Source of the DNA: an uncultured Clostridia bacterium
GTDB lineage: Bacteria; Bacillota; Clostridia; TANB77; CAG-508
Length of the DNA: 50,632 nucleotides
Direction of reading: 5' to 3'
Assembly: GCA_947596225.1 (NCBI GenBank)
Contig: CANQEX010000002.1
Span: 1-50,632 of the forward strand
The position numbers and the translations under genes were made by a program. The notes under the pieces were generated by a model. That model saw only the letters and a list, made by a program, of their open reading frames with translations, searched no databases and was not told the DNA's origin. Shown piece after piece: positions 26,640-35,378 of this stretch (position 1 is its first letter; each line of letters starts with the position of its first letter).

Positions 26640-26659
26640 AAGTGAGGTTTCCCTCACTT
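26640..26659 (-). terminator. intrinsic terminator of upp
   Basis: Stem AAGTGAGG / CCTCACTT with a 4-nt loop. Followed on the minus strand by a T-run (the A-run 26634-26639 on plus). Confidence 0.65.
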
Positions 26660-26662
26660 AAT

Positions 26663-27289
26663 CTATTTTGTTCCAAAAATTCTATCTCCTGCATCACCAA
26701 GTCCTGGTACTATATAACCATGTTCATTTAACTTCTCATCTATATCTGCACAATAAATTTGAACATCTGGATGAGCTTCTTGCATTTTCTTTATTCCCTC
26801 TGGTGCAGCAATTATACATAAAAATTTTATTTTTTTAGCTCCATGTTCTTTTAATTTATTTATTGCATCTATTCCAGAACCTCCTGTTGCAAGCATAGGA
26901 TCTAATACTATTACTTCTCTTTTATCTAAATTACTTGGAGTTTTAAAATAATATGGAATTGGTTTAAGTGTTTCTTCATTTCTATACATACCTATATGAC
27001 CTATTTTAGCATTAGGCATTACTTTTATTAAACCATCTAACATTCCTGTACCAGCTCTTAAAATTGGTATAAAAGCAAAATTATCTTCATTTAATTTTTT
27101 ACCTTTAGTTTTACATATAGGTGTTTCTATTTCAACATCTTCAAGCTTTATATCTTTCATTGCCTCATAACAAATAATTGTAGATAACTCACTTATAATT
27201 TCTCTAAATTCTTTTGTTCCTGTATTCTTATCTCTTAAAATCGTAAGTTTGTGTGAAACTAGTGGATGATTTAATTTTATAACTTCCAT
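26663..27289 (-). CDS. upp: uracil phosphoribosyltransferase, 208 aa
   Basis: HPLVSHKLTILRDKNT, ILRAGTGM, the PRPP loop VLDPMLATGGS and the C-terminal YIVPGLGDAGDRIFGTK. Confidence 0.95.
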   Translation of the reverse strand: MEVIKLNHPLVSHKLTILRDKNTGTKEFREIISELSTIICYEAMKDIKLEDVEIETPICKTKGKKLNEDNFAFIPILRAGTGMLDGLIKVMPNAKIGHIGMYRNEETLKPIPYYFKTPSNLDKREVIVLDPMLATGGSGIDAINKLKEHGAKKIKFLCIIAAPEGIKKMQEAHPDVQIYCADIDEKLNEHGYIVPGLGDAGDRIFGTK

Positions 27290-27305
27290 TCTATATTCCT
27301 CCTAT

Positions 27306-30300
27306 TTAAAAACCTATTCTTTTCTTAGATTCTTCAGCTTTTATAACTGGTATATCTCCTTCTGTAAATGTAAGAAGTCTATCTATATCTGTAATATTTC
27401 TAGTTTTTTTAGCATGTTCAATTATAATTCTTTGAACCATGTTTTCTACAAATCTACCATTACCAAAATTTTCAATTTCTTTAGCATCTTTTAATATTTT
27501 CTCAATTTTTTCTTTAACTTTATTTTCAAATTTAAACCCTTTATCTTTTACTTTTTTCTCAAATATTCGAATTAATTCTTCTGTAGAATAATCTTCAAAA
27601 TCTATTTCATAACCAATTCTTGATTTTAATCCTGGATTTAAATCTCTAAATTTTCTCATTTCATCTGTATATCCAGCAAAAATTATAATTAATCTTCCTT
27701 GATAATCTTCCATTGCTTTTAATAATGTAGCTACACATTCTGCTGAATAACTAGCATTTGTTCCATTATGTTCCATAATGGAATATGCTTCATCAATAAA
27801 TAAAACTCCATCTAAGGCACTTTCTATAACTGCTTGTGTTTTAGGTCCAGTTTGTCCTAAAAATTCACCTATTAAATCTCGTGATTGTACTTCTATCAAT
27901 TTATTTTTTTTCACATATCCCAAATTATAATAAATTTCAGCAAGTAATCTTGCAACAGTAGTTTTTCCTGTTCCAGCATTTCCTTTAAATATCATATGCA
28001 TATTAAAATCTGGCATTCTATCTATTTTTTTATATAATTCAATTACAGAAATAAAACCATCTAAAGTTTCTTTAACTGATTTTAACCCTATTAAAGAATT
28101 TAAATCTTCTAAAATTTCATCAACACCACGTAACTTATCTTTTTTAGTTTCTTGAAAAATTTCTAAATCTTTATTTGTTATTACTTTTAACAATTTATTA
28201 TCTGTACAATTTCCTGCATGAGTTAATACTAATCTATCAAATAAATTTTCTACAAATCTTGCATTTCCAAAATTTCTACCTATTTTATTTTTTATAATTA
28301 TTTTTTCAACTTTTTCCAATACACCATCTTCAAGAGTAAATTCATTTCCTTCTACTTGATCTTTAAAAATTTGAATTAATTCATCTTTTGAAAAATCAGG
28401 AAATTCAAGTTCATAGCCAATTCTAGACATTAAACCTTGATTTGCATTTATAAAATCATTCATTTCTGTTGTATAACCAGCAAAAATAATTATTAATCTA
28501 TCTTTGTATAAATCCATTGCTTTACAAATTGTTGCAATACATTCTTGTGGATAATTAGAATTTAAACCTCCTCTACTTGCCATAATTGAATATGCTTCAT
28601 CAATAAGTAAAACACCATCTAATGCTGATTCTATAACAGCTTGAGTTTTAGGTGCAGTTTCCCCTAAATGTGAACCAATTAAATCTTTACTAGTTACTTC
28701 AATTATTTTATTTTCATTTATAAATCCCAATTTATAATATAATTCAGTAAGAAGTCTTGCAATAGTGGTTTTTCCTGTTCCAGAATTACCTTTAAATATC
28801 ATATTTAAATTTGCAAATCCTTCTGTATCAATTTTTTTACTATAATCTATATATTTTAATATTTCTCTAACATTTTCTTTTATTTCAGTTAAACCAACTA
28901 ATCCATTTAATTCTTTTAAAATTTCATCTACTTCTCTTGTTTCCACTTCTTCTGGTGCATCTGATTTTTCAAAACTATTTGTAATATCTAAAATTTTAAA
29001 TTTATTAAACACTATATCTTTATATACTTTTTCTATATATGAATACTCATCTACAGAATTTTCATTATATGTACTTTTTATGTATTTTTCTAGATTTTCT
29101 GAAAATTCATCATCAATTTTCAATACTCCTTCTAATCTATCTAAAATCTTATTTTTTATTCTTAAATAATCAAATCCTTTTAAATGAATTTTTCTATTTA
29201 TAATTATACTTTCTATATTAGAATGTTTTTGTGTTAAATCTTTAAAAACATCTTCTTCTACAATAAAAATTGACATAGCTCGTCTGTTTTTATTATAGAA
29301 CTTTTCAAATCCTGAAAACATTGCATCAACACGATATTCATTTAAAGACTTTAATTTATTAAAATTTTCAAATATTACAAAATCATTTTCTGTATAAATT
29401 TTATCTACCTGCATTATCATATCTGTAGAATCTTTTGTTCTTTTTACCAACATTTCTGCATCAACCCAAACAGTATTTCTATTACTAAGATAATTAAAAG
29501 TTCTAATATATCTATTTAAAAGATTTACAACTTTATCTGAAATCATACTATTTTTTGTGTATAATGCTATATTAAATTGAATATATGGTAAATCTTCATT
29601 AAAATAATAATTTCTTATATATGTAAGAATAGAAATAATATCTTCTTTTTCTTCTTCTCTACATTCTAAACAATTAACGGAATGAACATATTGTTTATAA
29701 TAAACATCTCTTAAGTCATTATTTTTAAAATTTTTTGCCTTTACTAATTTATTTATTAAAAATTGTTCATCTATACTATTTTTCATACACATATAACGTA
29801 TAAATACTGCAATTTGTATTGGAGATTTATCAAATAAATATGAATCATATTTTTCAAAACTTAAATTTGACAAATCAAATTTAGCTTCTATTCCTTTATT
29901 CTCTTTAAAAAATTCATTTAAATTATTAAAAAATGAATTATTTTTAACATTAAAATCTAAATATCTATAATTTATTATTTTATTTTCTTCTTTTTCTAAA
30001 GTTATACAATCAGATTTTAAAATCATATTAGCACCAATAATATCAAATGGATTAGTTATTAATTTATCCAACTGTTTTATAATATTATTAATTACCAATA
30101 AATTATCCACATATTTATTGCTTTTTTTTCCTAATAATAAATCAAAAACTTCTTTGGAATTAAATTTATTCTCTTGTATACATCTTTGTATATATGCTGT
30201 TAATTTAAAAGGGCAAACATTACTGTCAATATTACAATATGAACATCTCATATTTAAGTCTGTTTCTACATTATTAAGATCTAATTTCCATGTATTTTTA

Positions 30301-30566
30301 TATTCTCTTAAATCATATGTAGTATAAAATAAAAATATTTTCTCTAATAATTCTTCAGAATCTTTAAAATTTTTCGCACATAATTTTAAATAAGATAATT
30401 CTAATATATTTTTATTTTTTTCAACTATTTTATCTCCCTCTTTAATTCTTTCAGTCGTCATATTATAAGATAACAAATTCATAGCATTTATAAAATATGC
30501 CATTCTAATTTCATTTGGTTGAAATTTTTGTTTTATAAAATTAACAAAGTTTTCTGTTTCGTCCAT
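27306..30566 (-). CDS. large AAA+ ATPase with two tandem CbbX/SpoVK-type modules and an uncharacterised 545-aa N-terminal domain, 1086 aa
   Basis: Two Walker A sites (GNSGTGKTT, GNAGTGKTT). Two Walker B/DEAY boxes (VLLIDEAYSI, VLFIDEAYSI). IIFAGY and NFGN(A/G)RFVEN are repeated. The N-terminus carries C108-x2-C-x6-C-x10-C129. Confidence 0.8.
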   Translation of the reverse strand: MDETENFVNFIKQKFQPNEIRMAYFINAMNLLSYNMTTERIKEGDKIVEKNKNILELSYLKLCAKNFKDSEELLEKIFLFYTTYDLREYKNTWKLDLNNVETDLNMRCSYCNIDSNVCPFKLTAYIQRCIQENKFNSKEVFDLLLGKKSNKYVDNLLVINNIIKQLDKLITNPFDIIGANMILKSDCITLEKEENKIINYRYLDFNVKNNSFFNNLNEFFKENKGIEAKFDLSNLSFEKYDSYLFDKSPIQIAVFIRYMCMKNSIDEQFLINKLVKAKNFKNNDLRDVYYKQYVHSVNCLECREEEKEDIISILTYIRNYYFNEDLPYIQFNIALYTKNSMISDKVVNLLNRYIRTFNYLSNRNTVWVDAEMLVKRTKDSTDMIMQVDKIYTENDFVIFENFNKLKSLNEYRVDAMFSGFEKFYNKNRRAMSIFIVEEDVFKDLTQKHSNIESIIINRKIHLKGFDYLRIKNKILDRLEGVLKIDDEFSENLEKYIKSTYNENSVDEYSYIEKVYKDIVFNKFKILDITNSFEKSDAPEEVETREVDEILKELNGLVGLTEIKENVREILKYIDYSKKIDTEGFANLNMIFKGNSGTGKTTIARLLTELYYKLGFINENKIIEVTSKDLIGSHLGETAPKTQAVIESALDGVLLIDEAYSIMASRGGLNSNYPQECIATICKAMDLYKDRLIIIFAGYTTEMNDFINANQGLMSRIGYELEFPDFSKDELIQIFKDQVEGNEFTLEDGVLEKVEKIIIKNKIGRNFGNARFVENLFDRLVLTHAGNCTDNKLLKVITNKDLEIFQETKKDKLRGVDEILEDLNSLIGLKSVKETLDGFISVIELYKKIDRMPDFNMHMIFKGNAGTGKTTVARLLAEIYYNLGYVKKNKLIEVQSRDLIGEFLGQTGPKTQAVIESALDGVLFIDEAYSIMEHNGTNASYSAECVATLLKAMEDYQGRLIIIFAGYTDEMRKFRDLNPGLKSRIGYEIDFEDYSTEELIRIFEKKVKDKGFKFENKVKEKIEKILKDAKEIENFGNGRFVENMVQRIIIEHAKKTRNITDIDRLLTFTEGDIPVIKAEESKKRIGF

Positions 30567-30585
30567 TTTTACCTCTTTTTTTGGA

Positions 30586-31902
30586 TTAATAATTATTTAA
30601 TATTGTTTCTTCTATTGCTTTTATATAATTTTCTTTTTCATTTCTTATTATATCTAAATCATTCTTTATATATCCTAGTTCAATTTGATAACATTCTATT
30701 CCTTGATTAGAATTATAATATTCATTTTTAGAATAATCTTTATTTCTTCCGTCAACATAAGCACCTGTGGCTATTCCTCCAACTTCCCTAATTGTATAAA
30801 GGAAAGGTGTATCTTTAGTAATTGGATAAGGCTCATACCCTTTTTTATTTGCTGTATTTGTAAAATCTTTTATCACAGATTGTGTAAAATTTCTTACATA
30901 TACACCATCAGCCATTTTAAAAGAATTATTATTTGAATAATTAATACTTGAATATTCTTTAATTTTATTTGCCATTTGACTTGCAAAATTTAAATTAGAT
31001 TTACATGGACTATATATTTCAAATCCTTGTAAATTTTTAACTCCTTGATTTATATGAAAAGAAATCATAAGTTTAGCTTTTGTTTTACAAGCTATACTAA
31101 TTCTTCCATCTTCATCATACATATTAGTTGTTGTAAATGTAGAAGAATTAGAATCATCCCTAGTTAATTTTACTTTATAACCATTTTTATCTAATTCATC
31201 TTTTAATAATTTAGCATATTCTAGTGTTATATCTGCTTCTGTTACTGGCCCAGCATTTTCTCCATCATCTTTACCACCATGCCCAGCATCAATAACTATA
31301 TCGTATATTTCTTCTGGGAGTTCAGCTTTTTCTAAATTGATAATTAATAAATTGTATTCTTTACCATTATATTTTTGCGTAGTAAAGGAAAGATTAGCTT
31401 TTCTATTTGTATTCTCTTTTGTAACAGTATAATATGTAATATCTTCAAACTCAGATTTATTTGAAAATGAGTAAAATTTTGGTTCTACACTATTATTTAA
31501 TTTTAGTCTTATTAATATGTAATAATTTTTTTCTTCTAAATTATCTATTATAATTCCTGAATTAATTTCTTTGTCTGATGAAAAAATTAAATTATTTTCT
31601 TCAAAATTATAATTTAAATCATACTCTTTTTCATAGTCTATACCATCTGTTATAACTAATTTTATACTTTCAAAATTGTCTTCACTTATATTTGAAATTG
31701 TACCTTCTATATTTAATGCTTTTCCATATGTATAAAATTTTGTAGCATAAGCAGACCTAGTTTGAATCATACTAAATATTTTTTCTTCTGCTTCTTTACT
31801 ATTAATTTCAGGTATCTTTCTTTTTAATGTAATTGAGATACCTAAATAGATTCCAATTATCATTAAAATTAATACTACTAATTTTAAAAATTTTTTTACC
31901 AT
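30586..31902 (-). CDS. N-acetylmuramoyl-L-alanine amidase (Amidase_3) with N-terminal membrane anchor and extra domain, 438 aa
   Basis: VIDAGHGGKDDGE...ITLEYAKLLKDELDKNGYKVKLTRDD...ISFHIN are catalytic-domain motifs. One N-terminal TM helix and an unassigned domain of about 190 aa. Confidence 0.85.
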   Translation of the reverse strand: MVKKFLKLVVLILMIIGIYLGISITLKRKIPEINSKEAEEKIFSMIQTRSAYATKFYTYGKALNIEGTISNISEDNFESIKLVITDGIDYEKEYDLNYNFEENNLIFSSDKEINSGIIIDNLEEKNYYILIRLKLNNSVEPKFYSFSNKSEFEDITYYTVTKENTNRKANLSFTTQKYNGKEYNLLIINLEKAELPEEIYDIVIDAGHGGKDDGENAGPVTEADITLEYAKLLKDELDKNGYKVKLTRDDSNSSTFTTTNMYDEDGRISIACKTKAKLMISFHINQGVKNLQGFEIYSPCKSNLNFASQMANKIKEYSSINYSNNNSFKMADGVYVRNFTQSVIKDFTNTANKKGYEPYPITKDTPFLYTIREVGGIATGAYVDGRNKDYSKNEYYNSNQGIECYQIELGYIKNDLDIIRNEKENYIKAIEETILNNY

Positions 31903-31939
31903 AATTATCCCCTAATTTTAAATGGTAAAATTATATAAT

Positions 31940-33190
31940 TTATATAATTTCCCCTATTAAGTCATAATCTTTCACATCTATAATTTTACAATTAATAAAT
32001 TGCCCTTGCTTTACTTTTCCTGTATTTTTTATAAACACTGTTCCATCTTCATTTGGAATATCCATGTAACTTCTTGCACAAATATATTTATTATCATATG
32101 AAAATCCATCTACTAAAACTTCATACGTATTTCCTATTTTTTCCTCTAATTTTATTTGGGAAATTTTTTTCTGCATAGACATTATTTTATCAAATCTACT
32201 TTGCTTTGTTTTATAATGAATTTGATTTTTTATTTTACTTGCTGGTGTTCCATCTTCTCTTGAATATTTAAAAACTCCTAGTTTCTCAAATTTTGTTTCA
32301 TTTATAAATTCATATAATTCAAAAAAATCTTGCTCAGTTTCTCCTGGAAAACCAACAATCATAGTAGTTCTCAATATTACATTAGGAATCTCATTTCTTA
32401 TTTTTTCTATTATCTTTTTTATTGACTTACTATCACTTTTCCTATTCATTCTTTTCAAAACATTATCAGAAAAATGTTGTAATGGTATATCAAAATATTT
32501 ACATATTTTTTCATTATTTTTTACTACTTCTATTAGTTCATCAGTTATGCTTTCTGGATAGGCATATAAAAATCTAATCCATTTAATTCCATCAATTTCT
32601 GATAATTCTTTTAATAATTCAGCTAAACTTAGTTTTCCATAAATATCTATTCCATATTTAGTAGTATCTTGTGCTATAATTATTAATTCTTTTATTCCTT
32701 TTTGGGCTAGTTCTTTTGCTTCTTTTAAAATATCTTCTTTTGGTCTACTTACATAAGGTCCTCTTATATATGGTATTGCACAATATGTACATCTATTGCT
32801 ACAGCCTTCTGCAATTTTCAAATATGCAGTAGAATTTCCTGTAGAAATAATTCTATCTAAATATTCTAATGTATTTTTTGATTTTATTTCTTTACCAATT
32901 AATTCGGCAATTTTTTCCCATATATTATCATATTCATCAATACTTAAAAACAAGTCCACTTCTGGAATAGATTTTTCTAATTCTTTTTTATATCTTTGTA
33001 CTAAACATCCCATTACAACTAAATACTTACATTTTCCATTTTGCTTATATTCTGCCATTTCTAATATACAGTTAATTGCCTCTTCCTTAGCTGATTGTAT
33101 AAAACCACATGTATTTATTATTATCATTTCAGCATCTTGTGGATTATTTACTATTTCAAACTTTTCCTTTTTTAATAATCCAATACACAT
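31940..33190 (-). CDS. rimO: ribosomal protein S12 methylthiotransferase RimO; the intact ORF lacks the true N-terminus, which lies in another frame (ATG 33245)
   Basis: MTTase N-domain (NTCGFI, GCLVQR), radical SAM CSNRCTYC, and a C-terminal TRAM domain. Upstream, AGGAG-ATG AAA GTA GGA TTT ATA TCG CTA (MKVGFISL) is followed by one extra C and then GGA TGT AGT AAA AAT CTT GTA GAT ACA GAA ATG (GCSKNLVDTEM). Confidence 0.85.
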   Translation of the reverse strand: MCIGLLKKEKFEIVNNPQDAEMIIINTCGFIQSAKEEAINCILEMAEYKQNGKCKYLVVMGCLVQRYKKELEKSIPEVDLFLSIDEYDNIWEKIAELIGKEIKSKNTLEYLDRIISTGNSTAYLKIAEGCSNRCTYCAIPYIRGPYVSRPKEDILKEAKELAQKGIKELIIIAQDTTKYGIDIYGKLSLAELLKELSEIDGIKWIRFLYAYPESITDELIEVVKNNEKICKYFDIPLQHFSDNVLKRMNRKSDSKSIKKIIEKIRNEIPNVILRTTMIVGFPGETEQDFFELYEFINETKFEKLGVFKYSREDGTPASKIKNQIHYKTKQSRFDKIMSMQKKISQIKLEEKIGNTYEVLVDGFSYDNKYICARSYMDIPNEDGTVFIKNTGKVKQGQFINCKIIDVKDYDLIGEII

Positions 33191-33263
33191 TTCTGTATCT
33201 ACAAGATTTTTACTACATCCGTAGCGATATAAATCCTACTTTCATTTTTACTCCTATTTATTT

Positions 33264-33503
33264 TTATATAAAACTCAATATTACTGCAACTATAAGTCCT
33301 GGTACACCAAATAATCCTGTTAAAACTATAGTCCACCAATAAATTACAATTCCAAAACCAAAATATTGGCAAGCATATAAAAGAATACCACCTATAATTG
33401 AATTAATAACAAATCTCATAATTAATCTAAATGGTAAAGATATAATTTTTAAAAAAATAATTAATATAGCTATTGCTATAACATATGTTAAAATTGTTGG
33501 CAT
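33264..33503 (-). CDS. bofA: pro-sigmaK processing inhibitor BofA-like membrane protein, 79 aa
   Basis: Two-TM mini-protein. LPFRLIMRFVINSIIGGILLY...LTGLFGVPGLIVAVIL parallels B. subtilis BofA (..KWIGIVLIKFVAGALFL...SGILGIPGIAALVV). Confidence 0.6.
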   Translation of the reverse strand: MPTILTYVIAIAILIIFLKIISLPFRLIMRFVINSIIGGILLYACQYFGFGIVIYWWTIVLTGLFGVPGLIVAVILSFI

Positions 33504-33592
33504 ATTAAATTCTCCTCTACAATAATTTTTATAATTATATCGTAATTAAGACTTTTTTACAAGAACTTATACAGCAAAAAAGAACATTTCTA

Positions 33593-34765
33593 TTAATGTT
33601 CTTTCTTACTATTTATATGTTTTCTTGTAATCTCCATCAAATTTAATTTTGTAAAACCTTCTATCTGCACTTTTGATCTATCTTTTTTAGTATATTTAAT
33701 TAATTCATCTAGTACTCTTTTTTTATTTTCATCTTTCTGCATATCTATAAAATCAATTATTATAATTCCACTAATATCTCTTAATCTTATTTGTTTACAA
33801 ATTTCTTTTGTTGCCTCTAAATTAACATTTGTTACTGTTTCTTCAACTTCATTTTTACCAACATATTTACCAGAATTAACATCTATTGCTACTAATGCTT
33901 CTGTTTTATCTATAGTAATAAATGCACCACTTTTAAGCCATATTTTATTGCTTTTAAGTGCTTGAATTTGTTTTTCAATAGAATATTTATCTAAAATATT
34001 ATTATCAACTTCTATTTTTATATTAGCCGTAATTTCTTCTAAAATGTCTTGTACCATTTTTAGATTTTCTTCATCTTTTAAAATAATTTTTTCAATATCA
34101 CTATCTACTAAATCAATAATTGTTTTCTTAAGTATTCCTCCCTTATCATAAATTTTTAATGGTACTTTTTCTATTGGTATTAATTGTATTTTTTCCCATT
34201 TATTTATAGAATTTTGAATATCTTTTTTTATAATATCTTCTGAAACATTTTCAGCTACAGTTCTTATTATTGCTCCACTACCTTCTGGTAAATATTTTTT
34301 TACTATTTTCTTTAAACGTTCTTTTTCAGCTTCATTTTCTATTTTTTGAGATACTGTTATAAAATTAGTATTAGGCATAAAAACAATAAATCTACTACTT
34401 AAACTTATATGTGTTGAAAGTCTTGGACCTTTTTTGTCTAAAGATTCTCTCTTAACTTCAACAATAATAGGATCACCTGGTTTTACTATTTCACTTATAT
34501 GTTTTTCATCTATTTGTTTATCTTTTGTTATATCAATTTTAGCCAAAATATCTTTTGCATGAATAAAACCAGTTCTTTTTTCACCAATATTAACAAAAGC
34601 AGATTGTAATCCATTTAATACATTTTGCACTTTACCTATATAAATATTTCCTTCTATAGATTGATTATTCTCATCTTCTTCATATCTTTCTACCATTTCT
34701 CCGTCTTCAATTAAAACAATTTCTTTCTTTTCACTTTCTGTATTAAATATAATTAACTCTTTCAT
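33593..34765 (-). CDS. rng: Rne/Rng-family ribonuclease (RNase G-like), short form, 390 aa
   Basis: S1 domain (GNIYIGKVQNVLNGLQSAFVNIG) and catalytic core (AIDVNSGKYVG...RLRDISGIIIIDFIDM...GFTKLNLMEITRK). It ends before the Zn-link and small domain seen in E. coli RNase G. Confidence 0.8.
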   Translation of the reverse strand: MKELIIFNTESEKKEIVLIEDGEMVERYEEDENNQSIEGNIYIGKVQNVLNGLQSAFVNIGEKRTGFIHAKDILAKIDITKDKQIDEKHISEIVKPGDPIIVEVKRESLDKKGPRLSTHISLSSRFIVFMPNTNFITVSQKIENEAEKERLKKIVKKYLPEGSGAIIRTVAENVSEDIIKKDIQNSINKWEKIQLIPIEKVPLKIYDKGGILKKTIIDLVDSDIEKIILKDEENLKMVQDILEEITANIKIEVDNNILDKYSIEKQIQALKSNKIWLKSGAFITIDKTEALVAIDVNSGKYVGKNEVEETVTNVNLEATKEICKQIRLRDISGIIIIDFIDMQKDENKKRVLDELIKYTKKDRSKVQIEGFTKLNLMEITRKHINSKKEH

Positions 34766-35338
34766 TTAAACTTCTTTCTTTTTATTAAATTTATTCATAG
34801 CTGTATCTACATTATTTTTCATTATTTCAATAACAGCATTTCTTGCAATCTCTACACCTTTATTTAGTAATTCTTTTTCGTTTTCTGGTACATATCCAAT
34901 TACATATGATATCATATCAACATTTTCGCTTGGTTTTCCTATTCCAACTCTTATTCTACAAAATTTATCAGTTTTTAAACAATTAATTACTGATTTCATT
35001 CCATTATGAGTACCTGCTGAACCAAACTTTCTAATTCGAATATTACCTGGATCAATATCTATATCATCATAAATAACTATAAGTTGATTTTCAGAAAGTT
35101 TATAAAAGTTCATTGCCTCTATTACAGATTCCCCGCTTAAATTCATAAATGTTTGAGGTTTTAATAATATAACTTTTTCATTTTCTATTATTCCATTTCC
35201 TACTAATCCTTTAAATTTTGCTTTATTTATTTCTATATTATATTTTTTTGATAATTCATTTAAAACATTAAAACCCATATTATGTCTTGTTTTAGAGTAG
35301 TCCTCTTCTGGATTTCCTAAACCTACAATTAAATACAT
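34766..35338 (-). CDS. pth: peptidyl-tRNA hydrolase, 190 aa
   Basis: MYLIVGLGNPEEDYSKTRHNMGF and GTHNGMKS motifs. Confidence 0.95.
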   Translation of the reverse strand: MYLIVGLGNPEEDYSKTRHNMGFNVLNELSKKYNIEINKAKFKGLVGNGIIENEKVILLKPQTFMNLSGESVIEAMNFYKLSENQLIVIYDDIDIDPGNIRIRKFGSAGTHNGMKSVINCLKTDKFCRIRVGIGKPSENVDMISYVIGYVPENEKELLNKGVEIARNAVIEIMKNNVDTAMNKFNKKKEV

Positions 35339-35378
35339 TTCTATCTCCTTATAATATTATAATACAAAAAGATAGATT

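Noticed and set aside
33191-33245. Programmed ribosomal frameshifting as the explanation for the rimO frame break.
   Set aside because: There is no slippery heptamer and no downstream stimulatory structure. No precedent is known to me for rimO. An indel, real or artefactual, is the simpler explanation.
32796-33342. Plus-strand ORFs (142 and 77 aa) across the rimO start region.
   Set aside because: They are antisense to rimO and bofA and have no SD. The real anomaly here is the rimO frame break on the minus strand.
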